Assembly (NCBI RefSeq): GCF_032191835.1
Contig: NC_083230.1
Location: 79,360,001 to 79,424,000, forward strand
DNA: 64,000 nt
Reading direction: 5' to 3'
Source of the DNA: Heteronotia binoei
Taxonomy: Eukaryota
A program made the translations under genes and the position numbers. Below, in pieces: positions 48,306 to 58,913 of the stretch (positions are counted from its first letter, which is position 1; every line of letters starts with the position of its first letter). A model generated the notes under the pieces. It saw only the letters and a list, made by a program, of their open reading frames with translations, did not search any database and was not told the origin of the DNA.

Positions 48306-49530
48306 CTGATGAATGCATGTTTGTTTCTTCAAATACTCCGTTTTACTGAAGCTTGAAAAAGTTGTGCTAGCAGTCTGGAGATTGCTGAGGTGTTCCTACA
48401 GGATCTCTTAGGGTGACTATACAGGATTCACTCTGCCTGTTCTTTAGTCTGGTTTTTTTTTATGCCTTACTCTAGAAAGGTGGCATCCACCCATGATGCT
48501 TAATGCTTTTCTCCAGTGAACTATTTGCTGATTGAACAAAGTAAGAGTCAAGTTGCATCTTAAAGGAGCAACTTGTCTCTCTTACTTCGTTCTACTGCTT
48601 CAGACGAACACAACTGCCCACTTGGACTTATTTGCTAATTGTTGCTTAAATGTGGATTTGTAGGTAGGCTGCCATGCTGGAAGTGCAGCAGTCACTTCAC
48701 AGCAGCCAAAGGAGCAAATGTAACTCATGCTGAAACAGTCTGTTGATGTGCTTTGAATGGTGGCTGTAATTTGCTGGGGTGTTCCAATACCCTGGTGAAT
48801 TCCAAAAATGACGCAGCCCTTCAGTGGAGTGAATCTGTGGTCTTTCTATCCCTAAAGGATGACAAAGAAAGTCAAATGTTTATATTGAGGCACCTCATGC
48901 TCCAAGGGCCACTACAGATGTTCAGAATAAGGCAGTGTTTGTGGTTAATTTCTGGGCTTCCATGCCCCATCATCACACAGTGACTGACTATGGAAGTCAA
49001 CTACTTCTAATTTGTTCAGTTAGTTTTTTTTCTAGGCACCAGGGTTCCCAACCAAGATTAAACTATAGTTCAGAATCCTGATTACTAGGAAAGAATATCA
49101 TCTCAGAGTATTAATGCTATTGGGGTTCTGTCATCAGTCTCAGGGAAGGCATATTCAAGCCCAGCAATTACTCCTGGTGTGTGCCTGTCACAACCAAATC
49201 TATTTTTGGTGCAAAGAGGAATTGGCTATGCTATAGATTCCATCAAATCCATCCTGTTTCAGCAAGATGAGAGCACTCTAATTAATAGTGAGATCTCTTT
49301 CATCCCTGCCTGCTTTTGATGATTTCTGGCTAGGATTTGTTTCTTTTAAAAATAAATTTGTTAGTGAAAATGTAAATAGGAACTGTCCTGCTGAGTAAAT
49401 GCTTGGATGGAAGTGAATCAGAAAGATACCCATGCCCCCCAAGATCCTTTCCAAAAGTACTGAGAGATCTGAGCCACCCCTCTCACACTGCACTGTGCAG
49501 CTGCTGAGGAAACAAAATGCATCTTCTTCG

Positions 49531-49704
49531 TGGTCTCTGTGCAGTCCCACATATGGGTAATCCGTCAGGATCAAGCCCGACCTCGGAGAATTCAAAGCAA
49601 TCTTGAAGCGTTAATTTTAGCGCGCCCTCCCGTCGTCCCAGGGAGGAGGCATCACCTGCACATGCCTGGACGAAGGGGAGGCGCCTAACCCACTCAGTTT
49701 CTTC
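49531..49704. repeat. DIRS left inverted terminal repeat
   Basis: Reverse complement of 55274-55448, with about 7 substitutions and 1 indel counted by eye, mostly CpG transitions. Confidence 0.95.
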
Positions 49705-49872
49705 TTTACCGCCGTCCGGAACACACCTTCTTCACTGAGTCTCCTGTTTTTTCATCGCAATCCGATCCTTCACCGTCTTCATTCTTCGCTCTTCACTTCT
49801 CCTGGTATCGTTTAAAAAAAAAAGCTGTACTATCTCTTCAAACTTTTCCCGTCCCATTCCCCCCCCAGGCGG

Positions 49873-52100
49873 ATGGAAGGGAAGGATAAAATCGCTTTCA
49901 AACCGTGTGTCCACTGTGCCGCTAAAATTCCATCGAGAGACGGCCACTTTTTATGTCTCTTTTGCCTCGGCGAGGCACACCATATTGATACTTGCGTGCA
50001 CTGTAGCCATTTCGGCAAACAAGCTCGAAAAAATCACGTCGCAAGACTCAGAAGCCATTTGCTTGAGTCATCTCTGCGCCCGGCTATGTCCCACGCCTCG
50101 GCTCCTCAGACTTCGCCACCATCCCTAGCTCTAAAGGGAATAGCGCCACTGGCAGCTTCCATGGCCTTGGTTCCCAGTAAGCCTAAGTCCGGAAAACACT
50201 CGAAGAAGTTGGACGATTCCAGGAAGCGTCACCACTCAGAATCGACTTCTAAGGAACCCGAAAACTCCTAAGAAACCCAAGACAAGCCATAAGCCATCGG
50301 ATCCAACTTTTTCGGCAAGGCTTCCCACACCGCACCCGACGGCCAGCTCTGGCGCCCCGGTTCCGACAACACCGGCCTCGAAGGCAACCTCGACACCTGC
50401 CATTACGCCTCTCGAGATCGTTCACATCCACTCTCGGTCGCCTTCGATCCATGAATCTTTACCGGAGCAAATACTGAACACCGAGTCCCCGGACTCGACC
50501 AGAAGCCAGTGCCTCAATATCCTGGACGTGCGCTCCTTCCGAGAGGTCTCATTATCTCCACAGACAATATGAGTACACTCCCTTCAAAGAGAGCCGTCGA
50601 CTCCGAAAGAACTGCCCATCCGTATCCGAGCCAAGAGGTCCAGAAGCGGTCACAGGGAACGCTACTACTACTATACTCCATCGAGGTCCAGGTCACCATC
50701 CCCTCGTGGATACCAAAGACACCGAAGGTCGCCATCCACGGGTTCTTATCGACATACCCATGACAATTCTCGGTACCGTGACGACCCCCGACGCCATGAG
50801 TCGCCTCAATACCGAGACCATACACACAGAGAAGACCGTTCTCGGTATTGTGAGACCCCTCCACGCCGAGAACATTCATATTATGAAGATCGTCCTCGGT
50901 ATCGAGAGGTCCCTGCTCACTATACTACGAAGCCTAGATCGTCTTCACCAGCCAGATCGACCTTGATCGGTTCCACCAAACCACGGACACAGCCCTCGCT
51001 AACAGAACTGACTACCAAACCTCTGGACTTAGACACCCAGGAAGAATCCGAGGCAGAGCACTCTGACTCCTCCCATTCCTCAACCTCAGGTCTCCATTCA
51101 CCAGCATCTGACATTGCAAAACAGACTGACCTATCTCCATCAGAGGGACCAAAATTCTACTTGGATCTCTTATCCAACATGGCGAACTCCCTCAATGTTA
51201 AATTAACCACTGACGCGCCTAGAGTCTCAGCTGTGGTCTACGACCTCGTACACGCTGACCTGCCTGCAGGCTCCTCCTTCCCGATGCTTCCAGTCCACCT
51301 CAAAACCCTGAAAGAGGCTTGGGACAAACCAGCATCAGTACCACCAACTTCAAAACGGGTCGAATCACTCTACAAGGTTCATGCCCCTGAGGCCAAATTT
51401 CTATTCAACCACCCTGCACCGAACTCCATGATAGTGCACTCGTCATCTAAATCTAAACAGACAAGACACCCTGTTCCTCCGGAGAGGGAAGGCAAAAAAC
51501 TCGACACGATTGGGAGAAAAATTTACTCCCTTACCACTGCCACTACAAAAATCCACAACTATATGACATACTTCTCAGCGTACGCCTTTCACTTAACCAC
51601 ATATCTGAACACCCTGGTTCCTTCTCTGCCTGAAGCAACACAAAAACAAGCCTCTCATGCCCTACAAGAGCTCGCGAGAGTCAGTAAGCAGTAGATTAAT
51701 ACGGCACGCCACGCAGCCCAATGCTCTTCCTGAACCCTTGCATCCTCAATAGCCTTGCGTCGACATGCGTGGCTTAGGTCTTCATCACTGCAGCCAGAAT
51801 AAAGTTTAAGATAGAGGACTTACCCTTCAATGGGCTCGGCCTATTCAATGCCACTACAGATGACATTCTGACCAATGTTCACAATAGCAGAAAGAGGGCT
51901 AAGAGATTAGGGGTTACCCAACCACAATCTCAATCCACACAACAGAGGAACTGGAGGCCGAACTACTACAAACCCGCTCGATCTCCACGACAGGCCGAAC
52001 CCTGGAGATGCAAGCCCCCCAGCCAAAACAACCTTTCCAACAGAGAGCACGTCCCCAAACATCAAAGAAAACGACACCAACTACAAAGCAGTCTCTTTGA
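49873..52100 (+). pseudogene. DIRS ORF1 (Gag-like): N-terminal Cys/His finger, RS/RD-rich tract, LAP2alpha-like C-terminal domain
   Basis: FKPCVHCAAKIPSRDGHFLCLFCLGEAHHIDTCVHC and ALRRHAWLRS...IEDLPFNGLGLF, ending KQSL* at 52098-52100. Frameshifts near 50260, 51800 and 52015; stops at 50570, 51692 and 51731. Confidence 0.85.
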
Positions 52101-53985
52101 CTCCCCTACCCCCCGCGGACGTCCAGAGCACTATCCAGACATCAGACTACAGCCGTTTTACCCCATGTGGGAGTCCATAACATCAGACTCATGGGTCCTG
52201 GCGATCATCCACAGGGGCTACTTCAAAGAATTCAACTCAACCCCAAAACATCACAGGTTCATAACTACCCCAGCATCCGCACCTCTACAATTGGAAATTG
52301 CGACCTTGCTGGACAAGGGAGCTATAGAACCAGTTCCACCACAGTACCATCATATGGGATTTTACTCCCGCTAATTTCTGGTGCCAAAAAGAGACGGGGG
52401 ATTACACCCCGTACTAGATCTCCGGAAACTCAATCTTCACATCCGCCACAAAAAATTCCGTATGGTCACCCTTCAGTCTATCCTACCACTGATTCCAGAG
52501 CAGGCCTGGATGGCATCTATAGACATGCAAGACGCCTATTTTCACATTACCATCAACCACCATCACAGAAGATTCCTCAGATTCGCGATCGGAGATCAAC
52601 ACTACCAATTCCGCGCTCTTCCCTTTGGTCTCTCAACGACACCAAGAGTATTTACAAAATGTATGGCTGTGGTGGCCGCAGCACTGCGACAACAACAAAT
52701 ATCCATCTACCTCTACATAGACGATTGCCTGGTCGTCACACAAACAAAAGAACAGCTCCAAATGGATGTCTCGACTACCCTCTCCCTCCTAGCTACCCTA
52801 GGACTTCAGGTCAATCCGACGAAGTCCAAGCTAACTCCTACTCAAACCATACAATTCAAAGGAGTGCACCTGTCAACGATTTCCAGAAAGGCTTACCTGC
52901 CACCAGACAGAGTGCTACATATCCAATCCTTGGCCAACAAAATCATAATGCACCGTTCCCAAACAGCTCTCATCTTTTAAAGGATGTTAGGCCTAATGGC
53001 AGCCACCACCTCAGTACTCTGCTTCGCCAAGCTCCACATGCGCCTTCTGCAACTGTGGTTTGTCCAAACATTCCACCCTCAAAGACAGCACCAAAGTACA
53101 GTGATAACTCTTCCGTCTCACATTGTCTCATCGCTGAGATGGTGGACGATAGAACATCATCTTCGGGTAGGAATGCCATTTGCACAGACACCTCCCTCTG
53201 TGATTGTTACCACCGACGCTTCCAAGTGGTGATGGGGAGTGCACTTGGGAACGCTCACAGTCCAGGGGCAATGGACGGACTACGAAAGATCCCTCCATAT
53301 CAATTGCCTGGAACTCCTGGCGGTCCACAGAGCTCTGAGATCCTTCCTCCCATCTCTTCGCGGCTGTCATGTCCAAGTCACTTCCGACATTGTGGCCACT
53401 GTCTTCTACATCAATTGACAGGGAGGCACTGCATCTACCCGGCTATGCCTAGCACTATGGCACTGGAGCATCAGCCAAGGTATCTTCCTAACAGCAGTAC
53501 ATTTACCAGGGGTCCAGAATGTTCAAGCAGATGCGTTGAGTCGTCGCCTAATCAATGACCACAAATGGACCATCAACAGGCGCTACCTAGAGCCCATGTT
53601 CCAGAACTTCAGTACCCCGAAGATAGATGTATTTGCATCCCCAAACAATGCCCAGTGCCCCCGCTTCTACATGCGAGGCCCTCCGTCCCTACTGTCACCA
53701 GGGGATGCTTTCCTCCAAACATGGTCCGGAGCACTCCATTACTTATTTCCTCCAATACCACTCATCACGAGAGTGCTACAGAAGATACAGACGGACCACA
53801 CCAAATGCATTCTGATCACACCCTGGTGGCCACGTCAACCCTGGTTCACTGCTCTCCTCCTCCTATCCAGCAACACATTCCTCCGGCTTCTGCAAGCTCA
53901 GGACTTAATCTCCCAACAAGAAGGCAAGGTCCTACACCACAACCCAGCACTTCTTCGACTGACAGCCTGGAGAATCAGTTTTTGA
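52096..53985 (+). pseudogene. DIRS ORF2: reverse transcriptase - RNase H - Dam-like adenine methyltransferase domain
   Basis: One frame with in-frame stops at 52372, 52978, 53230 and 53416. RT motifs IDMQDAYFHI, LPFGLST.PRVFTK, YIDD. RNase H motifs TDAS, LELLAV, SDI, ADALSR. MT motifs IDVFAS..N, DAFLQTW, YLFPP. Confidence 0.93.
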
Positions 53986-54984
53986 ACTTTCCTCCAGAAG
54001 TCTGCCATGTCCTGGTAAACGCAAGGAAACCTACCACCAGGAAATCCTACTTTCTTAAATGGAAACGTTTTCCCAAATATGCATGCCAGCATAAATTTAA
54101 TCCTAGCCTTGCCAGTATTACCCAAATCCTAGCATATACTCTGGCCCTCTCCAATGCTGGACTTTCGTACTCCTCCCTAAAGGTCCACTTAGCGGCTATT
54201 TCTGCATTTCACCCGCATATTGAGGGCTCCACAGTCTTCTCTCACCACGCTACTAAAGCCTTTTTAAAATGAATTCTTCACCTTCACCCTTCCATCAAGA
54301 AAGTCCTTCCTACCTGGAGCCTCTCACTTGTCTTGAGTCAGTTGATGAAACCACCGTTCGAACCTATGGCATCCATTCCTCTACATCTTCTCACTTGGAA
54401 AACAGCCCTACTGATAGCACTCACCACGGGCAGGAGAGCTAGCGATATCTGCGCCTTTAGAGCAGACCCACCATATACAGTTTTCCATCACAACAGGGTA
54501 GTGTTACGTCCCGACCCTGCATTCCTACCAAAGGTGGTCTCAGTGTTTCATCTAGGGAAACCCTCCACTCTACCTGCGTTTTTCCAGCACCCTGCGGATG
54601 CAGGCCAACGGGCTCTACACAACCTAGATGTACGTAGGGCCCTTGCCTTTTACATTGAAAGGATACGACAGTTCCGTAAGGACACAAGTCTCTGTAACAT
54701 ATGCAACCCACAACCAAGGCAACAAAATCTCAACTCAGAGATTTTCAAAGTGGATTGTGGCTGCCATTACATTATGTTATGAACTGGCAAAACAGCCAAT
54801 ACCAGAATATGTACGAGCTCACTCTACTAGAGCCGTTGCAACCTCATCAGCCTTCTGCAAGGGCGTCCCGATGGAGGACATCTGTGCTGCTGCGGTCTGG
54901 TCCTCCCCATCCACATTCGCCTCGCACTACGCCTTAGACGTCCGTGCTCAGCGTGACTCGTCCTTCGGACAGGCTGTGCTGTGA
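52101..54984 (+). pseudogene. DIRS ORF3: long N-terminal segment overlapping pol plus tyrosine recombinase
   Basis: Same frame from 52101, with stops at 53556 and 54270 and a frameshift near 54685. YR motifs ARKPTTRKSY..KW, TTGRRASDI (R), AHSTR (HxxR), AVWSS (W), FASHY (Y). Confidence 0.92.
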
Positions 54985-55108
54985 TCCATCTTTGACTGAT
55001 CCTCCCTGACACTCAACCGTGAGTACAATCCTATTATTCTTGGCTTTACTAACCATATTTCTGGTTACAGACCCAGCACCCACCTTCTGACAGAATAGCT
55101 TGCTAATC

Positions 55109-55205
55109 ACCCATATGTGGGACTGCACAGAGACCACGAAGAAGATGGACAGGTTTCTTACCTGTAACTAGTGATCTTTGAGTGGTCATCTGTGCAGTCA
55201 CACAT
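55109..55205. repeat. DIRS internal complementary region (ICR)
   Basis: 55109-55146 is the reverse complement of the left end 49521-49558, and 55147-55205 is the reverse complement of the right end 55426-55484. Joined, they spell the circle junction cctgtcc|atcttcttc. Confidence 0.95.
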
Positions 55206-55273
55206 GCCCACACATCCTTCCCCGCAGCTGGATGCTTATTATCAATAGAATTGGTCCACCTATACGGCGGCGG

Positions 55274-55448
55274 GAAGAAACTGAGTGGGTTAGGCGCCTC
55301 CCCTTCGTCCAGGCATGCGCAGGCGATGCCTCCTCCCCGGGACAACGGGAGGGCGCGCTAAAATTAACGCTTCAAGATTGCTTTGAATTCTCCGAGGTCG
55401 GACTCGATCCTGACGGATTACCCATATGTGTGACTGCACAGATGACCA
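55274..55448. repeat. DIRS right inverted terminal repeat (unique 3' terminus continues to 55484)
   Basis: Reverse complement of the left ITR. Confidence 0.95.
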
Positions 55449-56440
55449 CTCGAAGATCACTAGTTACAGGTAAGAAACCTGTCCTTTTTGATGGCAGTGA
55501 ATGCAACTACCTTGATATTCTTAAGATAATACTTACCAAAAAAGAATGGGGAATGCGGGTGATATTGCATAGGAAGCCTATCTTGTAGACAGAAAACATT
55601 GCTCTTATTTCTTCTTAGAACACTGCTGGAACATACAGATTTTCCTAAGAACCATACAAAGGCTTTCCCATTGTGTGCATTTTAAAGTGCATTCCCTGAG
55701 AATGTAACCATCATTCCATTTTCACACACTGCATGGGAACAGTTAAGCAAGACAGCTCCTGTACCACTGTCCTACTTGCCCAGTTCCATTATTTCCAAGA
55801 CAGCAGAAAGGAGGGACCATACTGTAAGGAAAGCCCCTTCAATGCCTTTGTAGTTTTTTAAAGAGAAATTCATATGCTTTTTGTGCAGATAGGATCTATC
55901 ATTCCTGTTTTACAAGGACAGGAAAATGAGGATAAGATTTGATGATTGGACAGAAACCCCACACTGAAACTTGGAAAGTATGACAATAGTACAAAGGTAG
56001 TTGTTTTTGTCTTGTCAGCATTATATAAACTGTGTAGTTGCTGTATGTATTAGCTGACTAATCTATGCTGTCTGCAGTGGGGGAAACAGTGAATTCATGC
56101 CACCATTATGCTTATCTCTGGGGGAGGACAAGCTGCACACCTTTTTAACATGTCATAGTCTGGGCTCTCCCTGCACTGAAACAAACAGCCATCACTGGAG
56201 GAGGGAGGGCAGCAGTGAGGCGCCCTTCAATCATGCCTAGGCCCAAACCCAGTCAAAAACTACATCCTCAGCATTTAAATTGCTTGGGATGTGGTTTAAT
56301 TGCTGATTACGGCTTGGTAGGCCAATTTGTGGCTGCAAGTTGGGTGAACAAAATAACAAGTCCCACATCCTGGGAGTCTCTCTGTGTAGGTAAAAAGTAC
56401 CTGAAATACCTGGATCCCTGGTCATTTGGTACTTGGCCAC

Positions 56441-57218
56441 TTCTTTTCAGAACTTTGGATTTTGGCATCTGCTGTACTCACTGTGGGTAACCTGGGTGGC
56501 AGATGTTTGTAAATGTTGCATCTTCTTGAAGAAAGAGATCTCGGATGACAGTCTTGTGGCAATGCTGTCAAGGTGAAAGAGGTCAACTGCCTGTGATGCT
56601 TACTTTCCCATTTCAGTAGCAGGGGAGATTAGGCCCAACTGCATATAAGTGATCCAAGCAACCACTTGGATTGACAACACTTTTATGGCAGCTGATCAAG
56701 TCTGGTGTCATATGAAATGGGTATGCAACGTTTCAGAGCATCCTGCAGCACAGCCTACCAAAACATCTTAGCCCAGCCCTGGCAGTGAGAACAAGAGCTG
56801 GGAATATGCTTCCCCCAGACAGTGCAGATGATGCTGATGAATCTACAGTTCCATAGACTAGACCCCCCGGAAAGAGGTTCCTTCAGGCTCACAGGAGGTT
56901 CTCTCTTTGCCGTTATCAATAGCAAGAAGAGAAGATCAGTCATTGCACAGAAGCACAGCAACCAAATAAAGTAATTTCAGTTCCTTTCTGATGTCAGGAG
57001 CTATCAGCAGAGTTATGGAGAACTCGTCTTATATACTCGCTATTTCTTACCAAAGCTGCCTGATGTAATTTGGGATGAAAAGAGAACGTGAAATGCCCTT
57101 ATATCCACAATGGTAAATGCTGGCTTGCTTCAAGGAGATGCAGCATTTACAAACATCTGCCACCCAGGTTACCCACAGTGAGTACAGCAGATGCCAAAAT
57201 CCAAAGTTCTGAAAAGAA
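56441..57218. repeat. Unclassified ~780-bp segment bounded by ~90-bp inverted repeats
   Basis: ttcttttcagaactttgg...gcatcttcttgaag (56441-56531) versus cttcaaggagatgc...ccaaagttctgaaaagaa (57129-57218), 2 mismatches seen. No clear TSD. Confidence 0.75.
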
Positions 57219-57714
57219 CTTGGGCTATGTGCAATGTGCAGGAATTCCATTCTCTTGTTTTATATCAGTTCTGTTCCTCAGCCCAGACTTGTAACTGGTC
57301 TCCTTGTGTCTAATCACCTGTAAAGAGTAAGGATTACCTAACAAAAGCTTTTCTAAGTGGATGCTTCTTAAGCCAGAAATGGCCAACACCGCAGGTCAGC
57401 TAGTAAGAAAGTTATGGGCCAATAACTTTGGTAAGTTTTTCTGCTTGTAAATTCCTTAGTTCTTAAATGGTTTTAACTGGCTGATTTTAGGCTTGAATGT
57501 AATATGTATTTACTCTTTTAATATGTCTTGCATCATGAAGTCAGAGTAGATCGCCACCCTGTCTGTCTCATGTTATGTGCCTCCTGAGCTGTTGAGATCC
57601 TAATAAGATCAGTGAGGTTTTTACTTACAGTAGCCTCTAGAGAGCTGAGTGGCTCCTTGCCCCAGAAACTTTGACCAGAACCAACAGTTGAAATTAGATC
57701 AAAAGAGTTTCCAA

Positions 57715-58153
57715 TTCAACATTAGGAAGAATTTCCAGACAGCGGTTCTCCAGTGGATCAGGCTTCTTTCCTCAGGAGGCGGTGGGCTCTCCTTCTTCGG
57801 AGGTTTTCAAACAGAGGCTTAGATGGCCTTCTGACAGCAATACTGATTCTGTGAATTTAGGCATATCATGAGAAGGAGGGCAGGAAGGGTTGCATCAGTG
57901 CTTAGTTCTTGTGGCCCTTTATTACACACCCAGGGAAATACTGATCACCACTTTGGGGTCATGCAGCGGTCTTTCTCCAGGCCAGTTTGGCCAGGGATCA
58001 TGGAGGATTTTTGCCATCTTCTGGGCATGGAGCAGGAGTCACTGGGTGTGTGTGCGGGGCGGGGGGGGGAGCTATTTGTAAATATCCAGCATTGTGCAGG
58101 AGGTTGGACTAAATGACTGGAGGTCCTTTCCAGCACTATGATTTTATGATTCA
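57715..58153 (+). mobile_element. CR1 LINE 3' end
   Basis: gggctctccttcttcggaggttttcaaacagaggc...ttggactaaatgac...ctatgattttatgattc, a CR1-type terminus. Confidence 0.75.
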
Positions 58154-58752
58154 GAGCAATGATTGCCAACCTTTTGGGCAAGTGTGCCAAAACCCAAGTG
58201 CAGTATTAGTGAGTGTGCCACTCTGATGCACGTTAGGCAATATTTGTAGTGCCCATCCTTCTGCTATGGAGTGGAATTGCCCATGCTCTGCTAAGGAAGG
58301 GAAAATTCAGCTGTGCAGCTCAGGATAGGCAGGCAGAAGTGTAAGCCTGCTTTTATGCTTCTGCTAGTCCTGCAGCCTCTCTTGCTCCTCCTGTCCAAGA
58401 GGACCATAAGCACCTGTTGCTGGTGCCTATACTGTAGGCTGACCATCCATCCTTCTGAGTTTCAACAGTTTGTTATCTGTGCAGAGATTTTTAAAAAGGA
58501 GAGGAGAGAGACTTAAGAATAGTGTCAAAAAATGGCGGTGGCAAGTGGTGCCACTCTGATAGGAGTTGAGAGCCCTTGAGTCCTTGGTTTTCCAATGCAG
58601 GTTTGAAAAGTGCTGAACAAAAGAATGGACCCTGCAATGGACTGTGGAAGTGAATGGAAATACTTGAGATATAGACAAGGCATGTTGGGAGATGGACCTG
58701 TTACTGGAAGGTAGTTTTGTCATCTCTATCTTCAGCAGTGATCCATCACTTT

Positions 58753-58913
58753 ATGGCCATGAAGCTTGTAGCCTCTGTCTTCATACTGGCTGTAGCCTCC
58801 TTCTGCCAGGCTCTGGAGAACGGACTCATGAGAACACCCCCAATGGGTTGGCTTGCATGGGAGCGATTTCGTTGTAATGTTGACTGCAAGAATGATCCTC
58901 AGAACTGTATCAG
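58753..58913 (+). CDS. NAGA: Alpha-N-acetylgalactosaminidase (GH27), first confidently coding exon
   Basis: Signal peptide [20 protein letters not shown] then [33 protein letters not shown]. Donor at 58914, phase 2. Synteny with PHETA2/SMDT1/NDUFA6 supports NAGA rather than GLA. Confidence 0.93.

Larger units (their letters stand above)
49521..55484 (+). mobile_element. Full-length DIRS1-like tyrosine-recombinase retrotransposon (inactivated copy)
   Basis: Inverted terminal repeats, an internal complementary region matching both termini, and gag, RT/RNaseH/methyltransferase and YR ORFs in the canonical order. No TSD. Confidence 0.96.

Noticed and set aside
50514-50879. Antisense ORF with repeated HGTENCHG-like units inside DIRS gag
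   Set aside because: Mirror of the sense RS/RD repeat tract; no independent evidence.
49510-55495. Target-site duplication around the DIRS element
   Set aside because: Flanks aaaatgc / tttttga do not match, as expected for recombinase-mediated integration.
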